A stretch of 63,604 nucleotides of DNA from Clostridiaceae bacterium (GCA_012520525.1 JAAYOA010000032.1:1-63604), one strand, 5' to 3'. Counted from the first letter of the stretch, positions 29,916 to 40,261 are shown. Numbers and translations: made by a program. Notes: generated from the letters alone by a model not told the origin.

Positions 29916-30152
29916 TAATCGCTCAGTTAAAAAATTTGCCACTTCTCTTGGCGTATGCAATCCGTCCACTATTTCGTCATTAATAAACAGATTAAACGCC
30001 GCTTCCAGATCAACTACTATTTCAAAAATAGAGAGCGAGTCCAATCCCATGTCCTCAATCAAACGACTGTCCGGATCGATCTCTTCGGGCTTCTTTGAAG
30101 CAGCCGTTGCCACAACATCCATGACCGTCTCAAATATCTCATTCTTGTCCAT
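29907..30152 (-). CDS. acyl carrier protein (stand-alone, not in a fab cluster)
   Basis: 81 aa, acidic, with the phosphopantetheine site in GLDSLSIFEIV. Its start overlaps the MarR stop by 14 nt. Confidence 0.85.
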   Translation of the reverse strand: MDKNEIFETVMDVVATAASKKPEEIDPDSRLIEDMGLDSLSIFEIVVDLEAAFNLFINDEIVDGLHTPREVANFLTERLNK

Positions 30153-30630
30153 GACTCGATTTGCTCTCCTTTTCCTTTAACATCGTGTATTGTTCATTTA
30201 AATAATGATTAATAACGTCCAGCATACGGATGAAGGTTTCTTCCTCCACGTCATCCAGTTTGTCCAGCACCTCTTCAACAAGCAGGCGATGAAACTTGCG
30301 ATACATTCTGTATGCCAACTTACCTTTGCGAGTCAACGAAAGTAAAACAATACGGCGATCTTCCTCAGATCTACAGCGCTCTACATAACCTTTGCGAACC
30401 AGACGATTTATGGCGACCGTCAGCGTGCCTGTCGTAATGCCCAACAAATTTGCAGTTTCACCCATGGTGCGAGAATTGTAGCCGATGTGGTCCAGTGCGT
30501 TCATCTCGGCCTTCGTAATATCGCTAAAATACCCCTTAAGTAGGGCTTCTTCCTGAGTGCGCTCTATTTTGTCATAGATATTAAGTAGCAGAGCGAGGAC
30601 TTTATCTGCGTATTTGCTCATCTTTACCAC
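30139..30630 (-). CDS. MarR-family transcriptional regulator (FabT-like context)
   Basis: Winged HTH (MGETANLLGITTGTLTVAINRLVRKGYVER...DRR). 163 aa. Confidence 0.85.
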   Translation of the reverse strand: MVKMSKYADKVLALLLNIYDKIERTQEEALLKGYFSDITKAEMNALDHIGYNSRTMGETANLLGITTGTLTVAINRLVRKGYVERCRSEEDRRIVLLSLTRKGKLAYRMYRKFHRLLVEEVLDKLDDVEEETFIRMLDVINHYLNEQYTMLKEKESKSSHGQE

Positions 30631-30675
30631 CTAAACTAAAATTATAATAATACAAAAAAGGATTTTATTTATATT

Positions 30676-30704
30676 ACCAAAAAGGGGTCCCAAATTGAGA
30701 CCCC
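30676..30704 (-). terminator. rho-independent terminator downstream of ackA
   Basis: GGGGTC-loop-GACCCC, followed on the minus strand by TTTTTGG. Confidence 0.75.
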
Positions 30705-30739
30705 TCCCAGTAATCATATTTAATATGTTTATTTAGCAA

Positions 30740-31945
30740 TTATTTATTTTTAGCCAACTCTGCAGTATCCATCGCAATGACCAATTCTTCATCGGTCGGA
30801 ATGACCAGCACAGCCACTTTGGAGCTGTCTTTGGCAACGTTAGTTGGTTTGCCGCGTTCTAAATTGCGATTCTTATCTTGATCAATCTCAATACCGATAA
30901 ATTCCAGACCGTCACAGATCCCTTCGCGAACACCTTTATCGTTTTCACCAACGCCGGCCGTAAAGACGATGGCATCGACACCGCCCATCGCAGCTACATA
31001 ACTACCAACGACCTTGCGACATTGATACATAAACATATTGAGGGCCAGCTCAGCTCGCTTGTTTCCCTCGTCTTTGGCAGCACCCAAGTCGCGGAAGTCA
31101 GAACTGACGCCGGAAACACCGAGCATACCCGATTGCTTGTTCATGATATTGTCGATCTCCGCTACAGTCAGATCTTCGGAATCAGCCAAGAACTTGACAA
31201 TTGCAGGATCGATATCACCACAGCGCGTCCCCATAGGTACACCAGCCAAAGGTGTCAGACCCATTGTTGTATCTACACAGCGACCTTGATCGACGGCACT
31301 GATAGAAGAACCATTCCCTAAGTGTAAGGTGATAATCTTTAGTTCGTCCTTAGGTTTACCTATTAATTCGGCTGCCTGATCACTGACAAACTTGTGGGAT
31401 GTACCGTGGAAGCCATAGCGGCGGACGGCGTGTTTTTCATAATATTCGTAGGGCAACGCGTACATATAAGCGTAGTCAGGCATTGTCTGATGGAAGGCTG
31501 TATCAAACACTGCAACCATAGGAACACCTGGCATGGCCTTCTCACAGGCCTCTATACCCGTCATATTCGGAGGATTGTGGAGCGGTGCAAGTGGAAAACA
31601 GTCGCGAATTGCAGCCTTGACATCATCATCGATAATCGCTGAGGCGGCAAATTTTTCACCGCCGTGAACGACGCGGTGACCTACAGCTTCAATTTCTTCA
31701 AGGGAATTGATGACACCGTGATCAGCATCCGTTAGGGCTTCAATAACAGCAGCGATCGCCTCCGAATGAGTTGGCATCGGAACTTCAATTACAACGCTGT
31801 CTTGACCGATTTTTTCATGTTTCAAGCGGGAACCATCGATGCCAATTCGCTCGCACAGCCCCTTGGCAAAAACTTCGCCGTTATCACTTTCCATTAACTG
31901 ATATTTCAGTGATGAACTGCCTGCGTTTATAACGAGAATTTTCAT
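30740..31945 (-). CDS. ackA: acetate kinase
   Basis: MKILVINAGSSSLKYQL, HRVVHGG, FDTAFH, GFHGTSH and the other canonical AckA blocks. Confidence 0.97.
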   Translation of the reverse strand: MKILVINAGSSSLKYQLMESDNGEVFAKGLCERIGIDGSRLKHEKIGQDSVVIEVPMPTHSEAIAAVIEALTDADHGVINSLEEIEAVGHRVVHGGEKFAASAIIDDDVKAAIRDCFPLAPLHNPPNMTGIEACEKAMPGVPMVAVFDTAFHQTMPDYAYMYALPYEYYEKHAVRRYGFHGTSHKFVSDQAAELIGKPKDELKIITLHLGNGSSISAVDQGRCVDTTMGLTPLAGVPMGTRCGDIDPAIVKFLADSEDLTVAEIDNIMNKQSGMLGVSGVSSDFRDLGAAKDEGNKRAELALNMFMYQCRKVVGSYVAAMGGVDAIVFTAGVGENDKGVREGICDGLEFIGIEIDQDKNRNLERGKPTNVAKDSSKVAVLVIPTDEELVIAMDTAELAKNK

Positions 31946-32030
31946 GTGAAACTCCTTAAGTCAAATTTAGAAAACTTATTCAACCGGTTATTTTAAATAT
32001 TTTGCCGGTCTAATCTACCATAAATTGATC

Positions 32031-33029
32031 TTATTTACCCATATTTTGAGCTTGTACAACAGTAATCGCTGTAACGCCAACGATGTCATCTGCATTACAA
32101 CCACGGGACAAGTCATTGACCGGAGCAGCAATGCCTTGAGTGACCGGACCATAGGCTTCGGCACCAGCTAGGCGTTGAACTAGTTTATATCCGATATTAC
32201 CTGCATTCAGATCTGGGAAGATCAATGTGTTGGCCTTGCCTGCTACATCACTACCGGGGGCTTTGCTCTTGGCAACACTGTCAACGAGGGCGGCATCAAG
32301 CTGCAGTTCACCATCCAACATAAGCTCTGGAGCTTTCTCTTTGGCTAGTCTTGTCGCCTCAGCAACTTTATCGACGAGTTCATTTTTGGCACTGCCTTTA
32401 GTAGAGTAGGACAACATGGCAACGCGGGCTTCTTTGCCTGTCAATAATTCAAAAGAATCAGCAGCTGAGATAGCGATTTCGGAGAGAGCATCTGAATCAG
32501 GATTCTCGTTCAAGCCGCAATCTGCAAATACAAAGACACCATCTTCACCATAAGAACAATTTGGAACAACCATTAGGAAGAAGGCAGAAACAAGTTTCGT
32601 TCCAGGAGCCGTTTTAAGAATTTGCAAGGAAGGTCTTAGTGTATCAGCTGAACTGTGAACGGCACCGGAAACCATACCATCGGCGTCACCCATTTTAACC
32701 ATCATGACACCAAAGTAAGAGACATCAAACATCATGTCTTTAGCTTGCTCTGGAGTAATACCTTTTTTCTTGCGCAGCTCATAAAAAGTATCTGCATATT
32801 CTTGCAGACGATCGAAATTATTGGGATCTACAATTGTAGCACCACTAATGTCTAAGTCACCTGCTTTAGCCTTAATCGTGTCAGGATCTCCAACTAAAAT
32901 AATATCGGCGATCCCTTCCTTCAATATTTTTGCCGTCGCTTCCAAAACGCGGGGATCTTCTGATTCAGGTAAAACGATACGACGTTTGTCTGCTTTTGCT
33001 TTTTCATAGAGGGTATTAATAAAACTCAT
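32031..33029 (-). CDS. pta: phosphate acetyltransferase
   Basis: Start chosen at the ATG at 33029 (MSFINTLYEKAKADKRRIVLPE). Pta blocks SGAVHSSADTLRP and GPVTQGIAAPVNDLSRG. Upstream of ackA. Confidence 0.95.
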   Translation of the reverse strand: MSFINTLYEKAKADKRRIVLPESEDPRVLEATAKILKEGIADIILVGDPDTIKAKAGDLDISGATIVDPNNFDRLQEYADTFYELRKKKGITPEQAKDMMFDVSYFGVMMVKMGDADGMVSGAVHSSADTLRPSLQILKTAPGTKLVSAFFLMVVPNCSYGEDGVFVFADCGLNENPDSDALSEIAISAADSFELLTGKEARVAMLSYSTKGSAKNELVDKVAEATRLAKEKAPELMLDGELQLDAALVDSVAKSKAPGSDVAGKANTLIFPDLNAGNIGYKLVQRLAGAEAYGPVTQGIAAPVNDLSRGCNADDIVGVTAITVVQAQNMGK

Positions 33030-33369
33030 AATCCAAACCTTTCTACCATTGATATATTCACAAATCGTGATTGTTCTAGGCGTTACTTCTTTAAGTATAT
33101 CCTCTCGAAGCAATCACTTCAACGAATAGCACGAAAAGTTGAGATTAAATGAGTAAAAAATTAGTATATTTTACAGACAATTGATGATCTTTGCCTTTGT
33201 TAAACTTGTAGATAGGGCATCCTTAAAGACAACTTATAATTATGATGGTCCGCTTGTCCAAATCACAGAAAAAATATCAAATTGATTTATGATTAATTTG
33301 AGTTGCAAATAGGTGCAGTATGCGAGACATTGGTCAGGGGCGGAACGAGTCATTGGTCAGGAGCATAAA

Positions 33370-34710
33370 ATGAAAATAATCGGTTTAATTGCCGAATATA
33401 ATCCCTTTCACAACGGCCACTTGGAACAGCTAAAGCAGATACAAGAACGTTACGGCGAACGACTTGGATTGATCGCTGTGATGAGTGGCGATTGGACCCA
33501 ACGCGCCGGTCTGGCGGTCCTCGACAAGTGGGACAGAGCCCGTTTGGCTACCGCCGCTGGCATCAACCTAGTTTTAGAACTGCCCACATTATTTGCCACG
33601 GGCAACGGACAATGTTTTGCCAGCGGGGCTGTGCATCTTCTAGCAGCAACGGGATTGGTCAAAAATATCTGTTGCGGTGCCGAAACCGAACAACCTAAAT
33701 TCTTGCACACAGCAGCAGATCTGATGTTAAACGAACCTCCAGAATTAAGTTTGCATTTGCAAACGGCTTTTAAAAATGGTATGAATCCAGGCGCCGCCTG
33801 GGAAAATGCTATCAAAGCTTACATGCAAAGCATACCTGAAAACGACATAGACAGATCTGCCGACCAAGATAAACAAGCGTTCCCACCAGACTTATTAACT
33901 GGTTCAAATAACTGGCTGGCTATAGAGTATATCAAGGCAGCAAAATCACTCGGCAACGCCGGTCCTCGTATCACTATTTTGAGACGGCGAGGTCAAGCCT
34001 ATCTAGATGACCAAGCTACTGGAGAATCAACCGGTAAACTGCTCAGCGCCACTGCGGTGAGAACTGCCTTATATCACTTATTCGGTTACCCTACAGAATC
34101 TTCTAATTGGAATACAGAACTATGGAACAAACTCTGTCACAGCCTGCCCGACTATACCGCTGGCACTCTACTCCGCGCTGGATTAAATAAGACCATGGGA
34201 TTTAACGAACAAATTGGCCCCTACATCTTAGCAACTCTGTTAGCTGTTCCCAAATCATATCTGACAACTTTGGCTGGATTTAGCACGGACTTTTCCAACC
34301 GCCTTATCAAGACAGCTAATCAACTCGTCGATCTGCCACCGACCGCAGTTTGGCAACAATTGATTGAAGCTGTGACCAGTCGCAATTTTACAGCCGCTCA
34401 CACAATTCGATCTTTGACGGCACTGGCTTTAGGCATTACTCAAAAGCAGAGGGATTTAGCCATCCAGGAAGGTCCGCAATATATTAGAGTCCTCGCCTTT
34501 GACAAAACCGGTCGCTATTTGCTGCGCCGTATGAGAGACCGCAGCAGACTGCCAATTATCACCAAAGAATCTGATTTTTTAGAATACAATCATCTGGGAA
34601 CAGTTTTTGCTCAACAATATAAGACCGACATAAAGGCTAGCCGCATTCGACGGCTGCTTACCGGTCAAGGTCCGGGAAATAACTTTGACACTCGGGTACA
34701 CGTTCGATAG
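33370..34710 (+). CDS. tmcAL: tRNA(Met) cytidine acetate ligase (YlbM/TmcAL-type nucleotidyltransferase)
   Basis: Start chosen at the ATG at 33370 after AGGAG. N-terminus MKIIGLIAEYNPFHNGH (HxGH-class nucleotidyltransferase signature of this family). Confidence 0.75.
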   Translation: MKIIGLIAEYNPFHNGHLEQLKQIQERYGERLGLIAVMSGDWTQRAGLAVLDKWDRARLATAAGINLVLELPTLFATGNGQCFASGAVHLLAATGLVKNICCGAETEQPKFLHTAADLMLNEPPELSLHLQTAFKNGMNPGAAWENAIKAYMQSIPENDIDRSADQDKQAFPPDLLTGSNNWLAIEYIKAAKSLGNAGPRITILRRRGQAYLDDQATGESTGKLLSATAVRTALYHLFGYPTESSNWNTELWNKLCHSLPDYTAGTLLRAGLNKTMGFNEQIGPYILATLLAVPKSYLTTLAGFSTDFSNRLIKTANQLVDLPPTAVWQQLIEAVTSRNFTAAHTIRSLTALALGITQKQRDLAIQEGPQYIRVLAFDKTGRYLLRRMRDRSRLPIITKESDFLEYNHLGTVFAQQYKTDIKASRIRRLLTGQGPGNNFDTRVHVR

Positions 34711-34755
34711 ACTTTATTTTGTTATGATTATAATTGCCTTAAAGGGGATGAAAAT

Positions 34756-35988
34756 ATGAGTAATAATGTATTTGACGTTTTAAAAGAACGGGGCTACATT
34801 GCCCAGACAACCAACGAAGAAGCCATTCGCGAACGCTTAGCAACGCCGGGAGCTACATTTTATATCGGCTTTGATCCAACGGCGGACAGCCTCCATGTCG
34901 GACACTTTGTGACGATGATGGTCGTGGCTCACATGCAGCGGGCAGGTCACCGACCAATTGCCTTATTTGGCGGTGGCACTGGCATGATTGGCGATCCCTC
35001 GGGAAGAACTGATCTGCGTCAAGTGCTTACCATAGAGACTGTAAAGCATAACGTGAACCGCTTCCGCGAGCAGATGAAAATTCTGATCGACTTTGACGAT
35101 GACCGCGCCATCATGGAAGACAACGCGGACTGGCTACTCGATCTAAATTATGTCGAATTCTTGAGGGAAATCGGATCTCAGTTTTCGGTTAATCGCATGC
35201 TAACAGCAGAGTGTTATAAACAGCGCATGGAAAAGGGTCTCACTTTCCTAGAGTTTAATTACATGCTGATGCAGGCCTACGACTTTCTTGTACTATATCG
35301 CAAGCACGACTGTGTGATGCAGTTGGGGGGCGACGATCAGTGGTCGAACATCCTTGCTGGAATCGACCTGGTACGTCGTAAAGAAGGCAAAGAAGTCTAT
35401 GGCATGACATTTAATCTATTGACGACGAGTGAAGGTATAAAGATGGGTAAAACGGCCCGAGGCGCCCTTTGGTTGGACCGCAACCGTGTCACCCCTTATG
35501 AATTCTATCAATACTGGCGCAATATCGATGACGCCGATGTGATCAATTGCCTGAAACTGTTGACCTTTGTACCGATGGCTGAAATTAATGAATACGAAAA
35601 ATTAGAGGGCAGCGAAATCAATGAAGCCAAAAAACGCCTTGCCTTTGAAGTCACAAAAATTGTTCACGGTGAAAAAGATGCTAAAGACGCTGAAACCCAG
35701 GCCTTTGAGTTGTTCACCGGAGCGGGTAGAAGCGAACAGATGGACACGACAAGTTTGACCCAAGCAGACGTTGATGGCGGCATACCTATCCTCGATGTCC
35801 TGGAAAAAACAGCCCTTATCCCTTCTCGAGGTGAAGGCAAGCGCTTAATTAAACAAAATGGCATCTACCTGAACGATGACCCTGTACCCAATTTTAATTA
35901 CGAAGTGACTGCCGACGACTTTAATAACGGCGAGGCTATACTGCGTAAAGGTAAAAAAGTTTACCACCGTCTGGTGATCGACGATTAA
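34756..35988 (+). CDS. tyrS: tyrosine--tRNA ligase
   Basis: HIGH-type motif (SLHVGH), KMSKS-type motif (KMGKT), and a C-terminal S4-like domain. Confidence 0.97.
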   Translation: MSNNVFDVLKERGYIAQTTNEEAIRERLATPGATFYIGFDPTADSLHVGHFVTMMVVAHMQRAGHRPIALFGGGTGMIGDPSGRTDLRQVLTIETVKHNVNRFREQMKILIDFDDDRAIMEDNADWLLDLNYVEFLREIGSQFSVNRMLTAECYKQRMEKGLTFLEFNYMLMQAYDFLVLYRKHDCVMQLGGDDQWSNILAGIDLVRRKEGKEVYGMTFNLLTTSEGIKMGKTARGALWLDRNRVTPYEFYQYWRNIDDADVINCLKLLTFVPMAEINEYEKLEGSEINEAKKRLAFEVTKIVHGEKDAKDAETQAFELFTGAGRSEQMDTTSLTQADVDGGIPILDVLEKTALIPSRGEGKRLIKQNGIYLNDDPVPNFNYEVTADDFNNGEAILRKGKKVYHRLVIDD

Positions 35989-36065
35989 CCTAAGTTTTCC
36001 TGCAACTTTAACTATAATCTCTGATCACATGATGAAGATATCGCATAATTAAACAAAACATAAAC

Positions 36066-36112
36066 ATCAAAAAACCCGATTTCACCGTGATGTGAAATCG
36101 GGTTCAATTATT
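36066..36112. terminator. bidirectional terminator between the convergent tyrS and rpsT
   Basis: 13-bp stem AACCCGATTTCAC-cgtgat-GTGAAATCGGGTT. Flanked by an A-run on one side (a T-run for the minus strand) and TTATTT on the other. Confidence 0.7.
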
Positions 36113-36133
36113 TAAATAATATTTTAAATTAAA

Positions 36134-36388
36134 TTATTGAGTCAACTTCTTCTGCAATTGAGATTTCTGGCGAGCAGCAGTATTTTTATGAAGAATACCT
36201 TTTGCACAGGCTTTATCAATGGTCTTTTGTGCTATACGGACCTGCTCAGTTGCCTTATCTGAACCTTCATCAATAGCCAAATGAGCTTTTTTGACAACTG
36301 TTCTTAGATTGCTCTTGATCTTCTTATTAACTTCACGTTTGCGTTGGTTGACACCTACACGTTTAATCGCTGATTTAATATTGGGCAT
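36134..36388 (-). CDS. rpsT: 30S ribosomal protein S20
   Basis: MPNIKSAIKRV... is the canonical S20 N-terminus. ATG lies 8 nt after AGGAGG. Confidence 0.95.
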   Translation of the reverse strand: MPNIKSAIKRVGVNQRKREVNKKIKSNLRTVVKKAHLAIDEGSDKATEQVRIAQKTIDKACAKGILHKNTAARQKSQLQKKLTQ

Positions 36389-36495
36389 CTCTTTCACCTC
36401 CTGTACATATTAGTATTATTCTAGCTACTGTCACCAGTAACTCTGCACAAGATGCCTTTCATCTCACTAGGTGAGATACTAGATTACGGGAAATG

Positions 36496-36582
36496 TGGTG
36501 CGGTCGACAGGACTTGAACCTGCACGAGTGTTACCTCATAGCGACCTCAACGCTACGTGTCTGCCAGTTCCACCACGACCGC
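36496..36582 (-). tRNA. tRNA-Leu (anticodon GAG), type II with long variable arm, CCA encoded
   Basis: Hand-folded. Acceptor GCGGTCG/CGACCGC. Anticodon stem TAGCG/CGCTA with loop TTGAGGT. Long variable arm. T-arm GCAGG-TTCAAGT-CCTGT. Ends ACCA. Confidence 0.9.
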
Positions 36583-36634
36583 GTGGTCCTTCCCGATAAT
36601 CAAACGACATCCTTCGAGAATTGCAACAGAAATC

Positions 36635-36663
36635 ATTATATGTTTGAAAATTAGAAATGTCAA
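36635..36663 (-). promoter_or_regulatory. consensus sigma-A promoter for tRNA-Leu (and probably rpsT)
   Basis: The minus strand reads TTGACA-17 nt-TATAAT (perfect hexamers), about 50 nt upstream of the tRNA 5' end. Confidence 0.7.
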
Positions 36664-36737
36664 CGTCAAAATAAATTTTATTTTAAAACTAAAAAACCTC
36701 TACAAGACCAGCTAAAAAGACCCCTTCCTTTGTATTT

Positions 36738-36775
36738 GTCAAAAGAGGGGCTGTACCTAAATTTAGGTCAGCCCC
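36738..36775 (-). terminator. rho-independent terminator downstream of pfk
   Basis: GGGGCTG-loop-CAGCCCC, followed on the minus strand by TCTTTTG. Confidence 0.7.
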
Positions 36776-36839
36776 AACAATTTTAATTGGTTATTAATTA
36801 ACGGCAACTAGACCGCACTACTATAAAATGGACAGTCGA

Positions 36840-37934
36840 TCAGAGTTTCTCATCACCGAAATAAATACCCATCTGTCTACCTGCCAGAACCAGTTCGTCT
36901 TCCGGATCCACCATTTTGAGTTTTCCAGCTACCTCTTCGAGGGGAACTTTAATCATTTTGCTACCACTTACACCGGCCATATAACCAAATTCTTTGTTTA
37001 TGATCATCTCTGCCGCAAAGGCACCGCACTTTGTCGCCAGCACTCGGTCATAAGGACAAGGCTGACCGCCCCGTTGATAGTGACCCGGAACCGTAACTCT
37101 AACTTCCTGGTCAACCATTTGATCGAGTTCATCGGCTAACTTATATGAAATGGATGGGTAAGTCATCTCGTCCATATATTTTGAGAAGTCTTTCTTTGAC
37201 ATCTCAGCTTCTTCGATGGACTTAGCGCCCTCGGCCATAGCGATGATCGAGAACGGCTTGTTGTTCGCTGTTCTTTGCTCAATAACTTTTTTAATCGTCT
37301 TAATGTTATAAGGAATTTCGGGAATCAAGATGATGTCCGCACCGCCAGCCATACCTGCATACAATGGAAGCCAGCCGACTTTATGACCCATGATCTCAAC
37401 TATAAATACACGACCGTGGGATTCAGCTGTGGTATGAATGCCATCAATTACATCGGTCGCCACGTCGATGGCGCTCTGGAAACCAAATGTGACATCGGTG
37501 CCCCATAGATCATTGTCGATTGTCTTGGGCAAGGTAACCACATTACAGCCGTGTTCCCGCAACAGATTGGCAGACTTGTGAGTGCCGTTACCACCCATAA
37601 TGACTAGACAATCCAATTCCATTCGATAATAAGTATTTACCATAGCTTCAATGCGCGTCGGACTGTTCTCTCTTTTTTCATCGACAGGCAGATGCATTTC
37701 TTTAAACGGCATCCGAGATGTACCAAGAATGGTCCCCCCCAGAGTCAAAATGCCTGAAAAATCTTTGGATTCCATCTCCCGATACCGACCTTTTATTAGG
37801 CCTCTATAACCGGATTTAAAACCATAAATCTTCGTCTTGGGATCGTACTCGAATAAACTTTTTGCAACACCGCGGATGGCAGCATTTAAGCCCTGACAGT
37901 CACCTCCACTGGTCAACATACCAATTTTCAACAT
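36840..37934 (-). CDS. pfkA: 6-phosphofructokinase (PfkA family)
   Basis: MLKIGMLTSGGDCQGLNAAIRG, PKTIDNDL and MGHKVGWL blocks. The GGNG at the GGDG position suggests an ATP-dependent type, but phosphoryl-donor specificity cannot be settled by eye. Confidence 0.88.
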   Translation of the reverse strand: MLKIGMLTSGGDCQGLNAAIRGVAKSLFEYDPKTKIYGFKSGYRGLIKGRYREMESKDFSGILTLGGTILGTSRMPFKEMHLPVDEKRENSPTRIEAMVNTYYRMELDCLVIMGGNGTHKSANLLREHGCNVVTLPKTIDNDLWGTDVTFGFQSAIDVATDVIDGIHTTAESHGRVFIVEIMGHKVGWLPLYAGMAGGADIILIPEIPYNIKTIKKVIEQRTANNKPFSIIAMAEGAKSIEEAEMSKKDFSKYMDEMTYPSISYKLADELDQMVDQEVRVTVPGHYQRGGQPCPYDRVLATKCGAFAAEMIINKEFGYMAGVSGSKMIKVPLEEVAGKLKMVDPEDELVLAGRQMGIYFGDEKL

Positions 37935-38111
37935 GTGAGTCCTCCTCCTTAGGCTTGAAAAGTGTCACAGACAATTGCAACAGATTGCGTTAATATATTA
38001 GCAATACCTGACAAATATTTTGAGTTAATTAATTATAACATGAATGATTTACACATATAAATAGACGATCAGTCGGAGGACGGAATGGTTTACAACTTAA
38101 TCTGAAAGGTA

Positions 38112-38696
38112 ATGCTGGTCATGCTGATTAACATCGCTTTACTGACGGACATCGCAGTTCATAATTTAACGCGCCGCATGTCCCTAGAAATTGATCAAAA
38201 ATTTAACGTAGGGCTGGATAGCTGCAAATTTCCACCTCATATCACTTTAAAACAGGCTTTTTCTTACGGTGGAGATATCAAAAAAATAGAAAACATATTT
38301 GATGCCTTTTGCCGCATCTCAGCGCCCACCATTATTCGATATAGTGGGATCGAAGTACTGACCGCACCTAACAATCGCACAATCATATGGATGAATGTGG
38401 TCAAAGACCGTGCTTTAGAAAATATGCAAGAATTATTACTGCAGCTCTTGGCTGACCAATGTGGCATTGATCCAGGACCACTAGACGGGGAACCTTGGCG
38501 TTTCCATACGACCCTAGCCCAAGGTGAAATAAATCCCCAACATATCCCAGCCATTAAAGAATTAACAACCGAACATGTCAATCAGTTAAATTCACCCACT
38601 ACCCATGCAATCATGTTAATTACGCCGCCTCACAAAGAGGAATCCCTCGAATATTCGGTTAGCTATCGGATTAAAAAATTAACTGGACCTATTTAA
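38112..38696 (+). CDS. 2H phosphoesterase superfamily protein (LigT / cyclic phosphodiesterase-like)
   Basis: Two HxT/S motifs at the expected spacing: PPHITLKQ and RFHTTLAQ. The exact start is uncertain. Confidence 0.6.
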   Translation: MLVMLINIALLTDIAVHNLTRRMSLEIDQKFNVGLDSCKFPPHITLKQAFSYGGDIKKIENIFDAFCRISAPTIIRYSGIEVLTAPNNRTIIWMNVVKDRALENMQELLLQLLADQCGIDPGPLDGEPWRFHTTLAQGEINPQHIPAIKELTTEHVNQLNSPTTHAIMLITPPHKEESLEYSVSYRIKKLTGPI

Positions 38697-38759
38697 CTGA
38701 ATAAATGACGCAGGTTTTAATATCATAGGGTGAAAATGTCAGGTTAAACCTGGATTAGT

Positions 38760-39647
38760 TTAGTTGACCAGACCGTCAATGACCTCAGCGACCTCATGAT
38801 CGGCTAAATTGTGGCGCTCTACACTGCGTTTAATCAACTCTGCCCAGCTTTGGGGCATTGTTTCTTCCAATGCAGACAACGCAGTAAATGTTATTCCGCC
38901 CGGCGACCCCACGCGTCGGAGCAGATTCTCTGGCAATTCCTTCGTCACTTCTAGCAATGCACAAGTTGATGAAAATGCTTCTAGAATCAGAATTTGCAGC
39001 AATTCGTTGTCAAAATTAACCATCTCTTCGGCAACAGCATCACCAAAAGAATTAATCAAATAGGCTACAAATGCAGGGGCACATCCCGTTATATTGTTGA
39101 GTACAGCAAAACCTCCATCGGGAACCCATATTAAACGATTACAAGTCGGCTTCACACAGTTAGCAAAAAAATCACGCACAGAATCATCCTGTTCTTTAAT
39201 ATCCGGATGACAAAAATAGTGAGCCAAAACAACCCCCCGGTCCAAATAACCGGACAAAGTGGGCAGAAAAGTTACCGCTTCTCCTTGCCAAATTTTTGTA
39301 AGTTGAGCATCAGGCAAATGGGACGAGGTAATCCAGAGGACAGCCTGTTTCGCCAAAACTCCCTTGACTTTCATAATCACTTCGGGAATGGCCGGTGGTT
39401 TAATACTAATCACTAGGATATCTGCCTGCCGAGCAGCTTCTGTTTCATTGTCTACAATATTAACACCAGGATACGTTGCCGCCAGAGGTTCGGTATTTGA
39501 CTTATTATGATCTGTAATATAGATTTGTTCGGCATCAAAAATATTTCGTTTCAAAAAGTTTCGGGTTAACATACCACCCATATTGCCCAAACCAATGACA
39601 CCAACTTTTAACACCTTGCGATTTTTCATAGTCGACCTCCTGCTCAT
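38760..39647 (-). CDS. proC: pyrroline-5-carboxylate reductase family protein (divergent)
   Basis: N-terminal Rossmann motif VGVIGLGNMGG. C-terminal P5CR signature VGSPGGITFTAL. Confidence 0.7.
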   Translation of the reverse strand: MSRRSTMKNRKVLKVGVIGLGNMGGMLTRNFLKRNIFDAEQIYITDHNKSNTEPLAATYPGVNIVDNETEAARQADILVISIKPPAIPEVIMKVKGVLAKQAVLWITSSHLPDAQLTKIWQGEAVTFLPTLSGYLDRGVVLAHYFCHPDIKEQDDSVRDFFANCVKPTCNRLIWVPDGGFAVLNNITGCAPAFVAYLINSFGDAVAEEMVNFDNELLQILILEAFSSTCALLEVTKELPENLLRRVGSPGGITFTALSALEETMPQSWAELIKRSVERHNLADHEVAEVIDGLVN

Positions 39648-39721
39648 ACAAGCCCTCAGTTGCGGAGATGGATTTATTCACGCACCCTTGTCACATCAGA
39701 GCAGCTTTCTATCATTTCTCT

Positions 39722-40261
39722 TCACTCAATGGTTATCCGCTTTGCCGCCTTTAAAGATGCATCTTTCTTGACACAAGCTATAATCAATAAAACTGGAATA
39801 ATGCAGCTTAGCAACAAGGAAATAATCTGCATGCCAACAAACTGCCCTACGATGCTCATCGCCAAGATGTTGGCAATTAAAATCAAAATAATCGTGACGA
39901 TTGCCCCAATTAGAGGTGGCGTCGCTAATTTTAATTTTTTATAAAAAATAACAGCCATTACACCAGTCGCCAACTGTGCCACACTCTGGATGATTTGAAC
40001 AATTATACTGGAGCGCTGAGCAATAGCAAGATCGATCTGTGCCATAAAGTCGCCATTGTACATTTCTTGAATTTCCGACATATCGGCTGATGACATAGTC
40101 GCTAAAGATTGAATACCGATCAGACCGACCACATTGCTAATCAAACCCAGCGCACCAAAAATAATCGCCAAAATACCGATGACTTTCATAAACTTTGCCC
40201 CCGGCAAATGTCGTCCATCTTGATGAGGATAGATCACAGGAGTTTCTTTAACCTTCGCCAT
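39722..40261 (-). CDS. hypothetical polytopic membrane protein
   Basis: 179 aa with about 4 TM helices. No motif recognised. Confidence 0.5.
   Translation of the reverse strand: MAKVKETPVIYPHQDGRHLPGAKFMKVIGILAIIFGALGLISNVVGLIGIQSLATMSSADMSEIQEMYNGDFMAQIDLAIAQRSSIIVQIIQSVAQLATGVMAVIFYKKLKLATPPLIGAIVTIILILIANILAMSIVGQFVGMQIISLLLSCIIPVLLIIACVKKDASLKAAKRITIE

Noticed and set aside
33336-33372. Direct repeat CATTGGTCAGG(G/A)GC, present twice with a 23-nt period just upstream of tmcAL
   Set aside because: It is short, and the second copy simply contains the RBS (AGGAG). There is no evidence for an operator, and a small local duplication is the most likely explanation.
34711-34755. T-box leaders upstream of tyrS and lysS
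   Set aside because: The tyrS upstream gap is only 45 nt. The lysS upstream gap (12727-12888) is 162 nt, AT-rich, and lacks a recognisable T-box sequence or specifier architecture.
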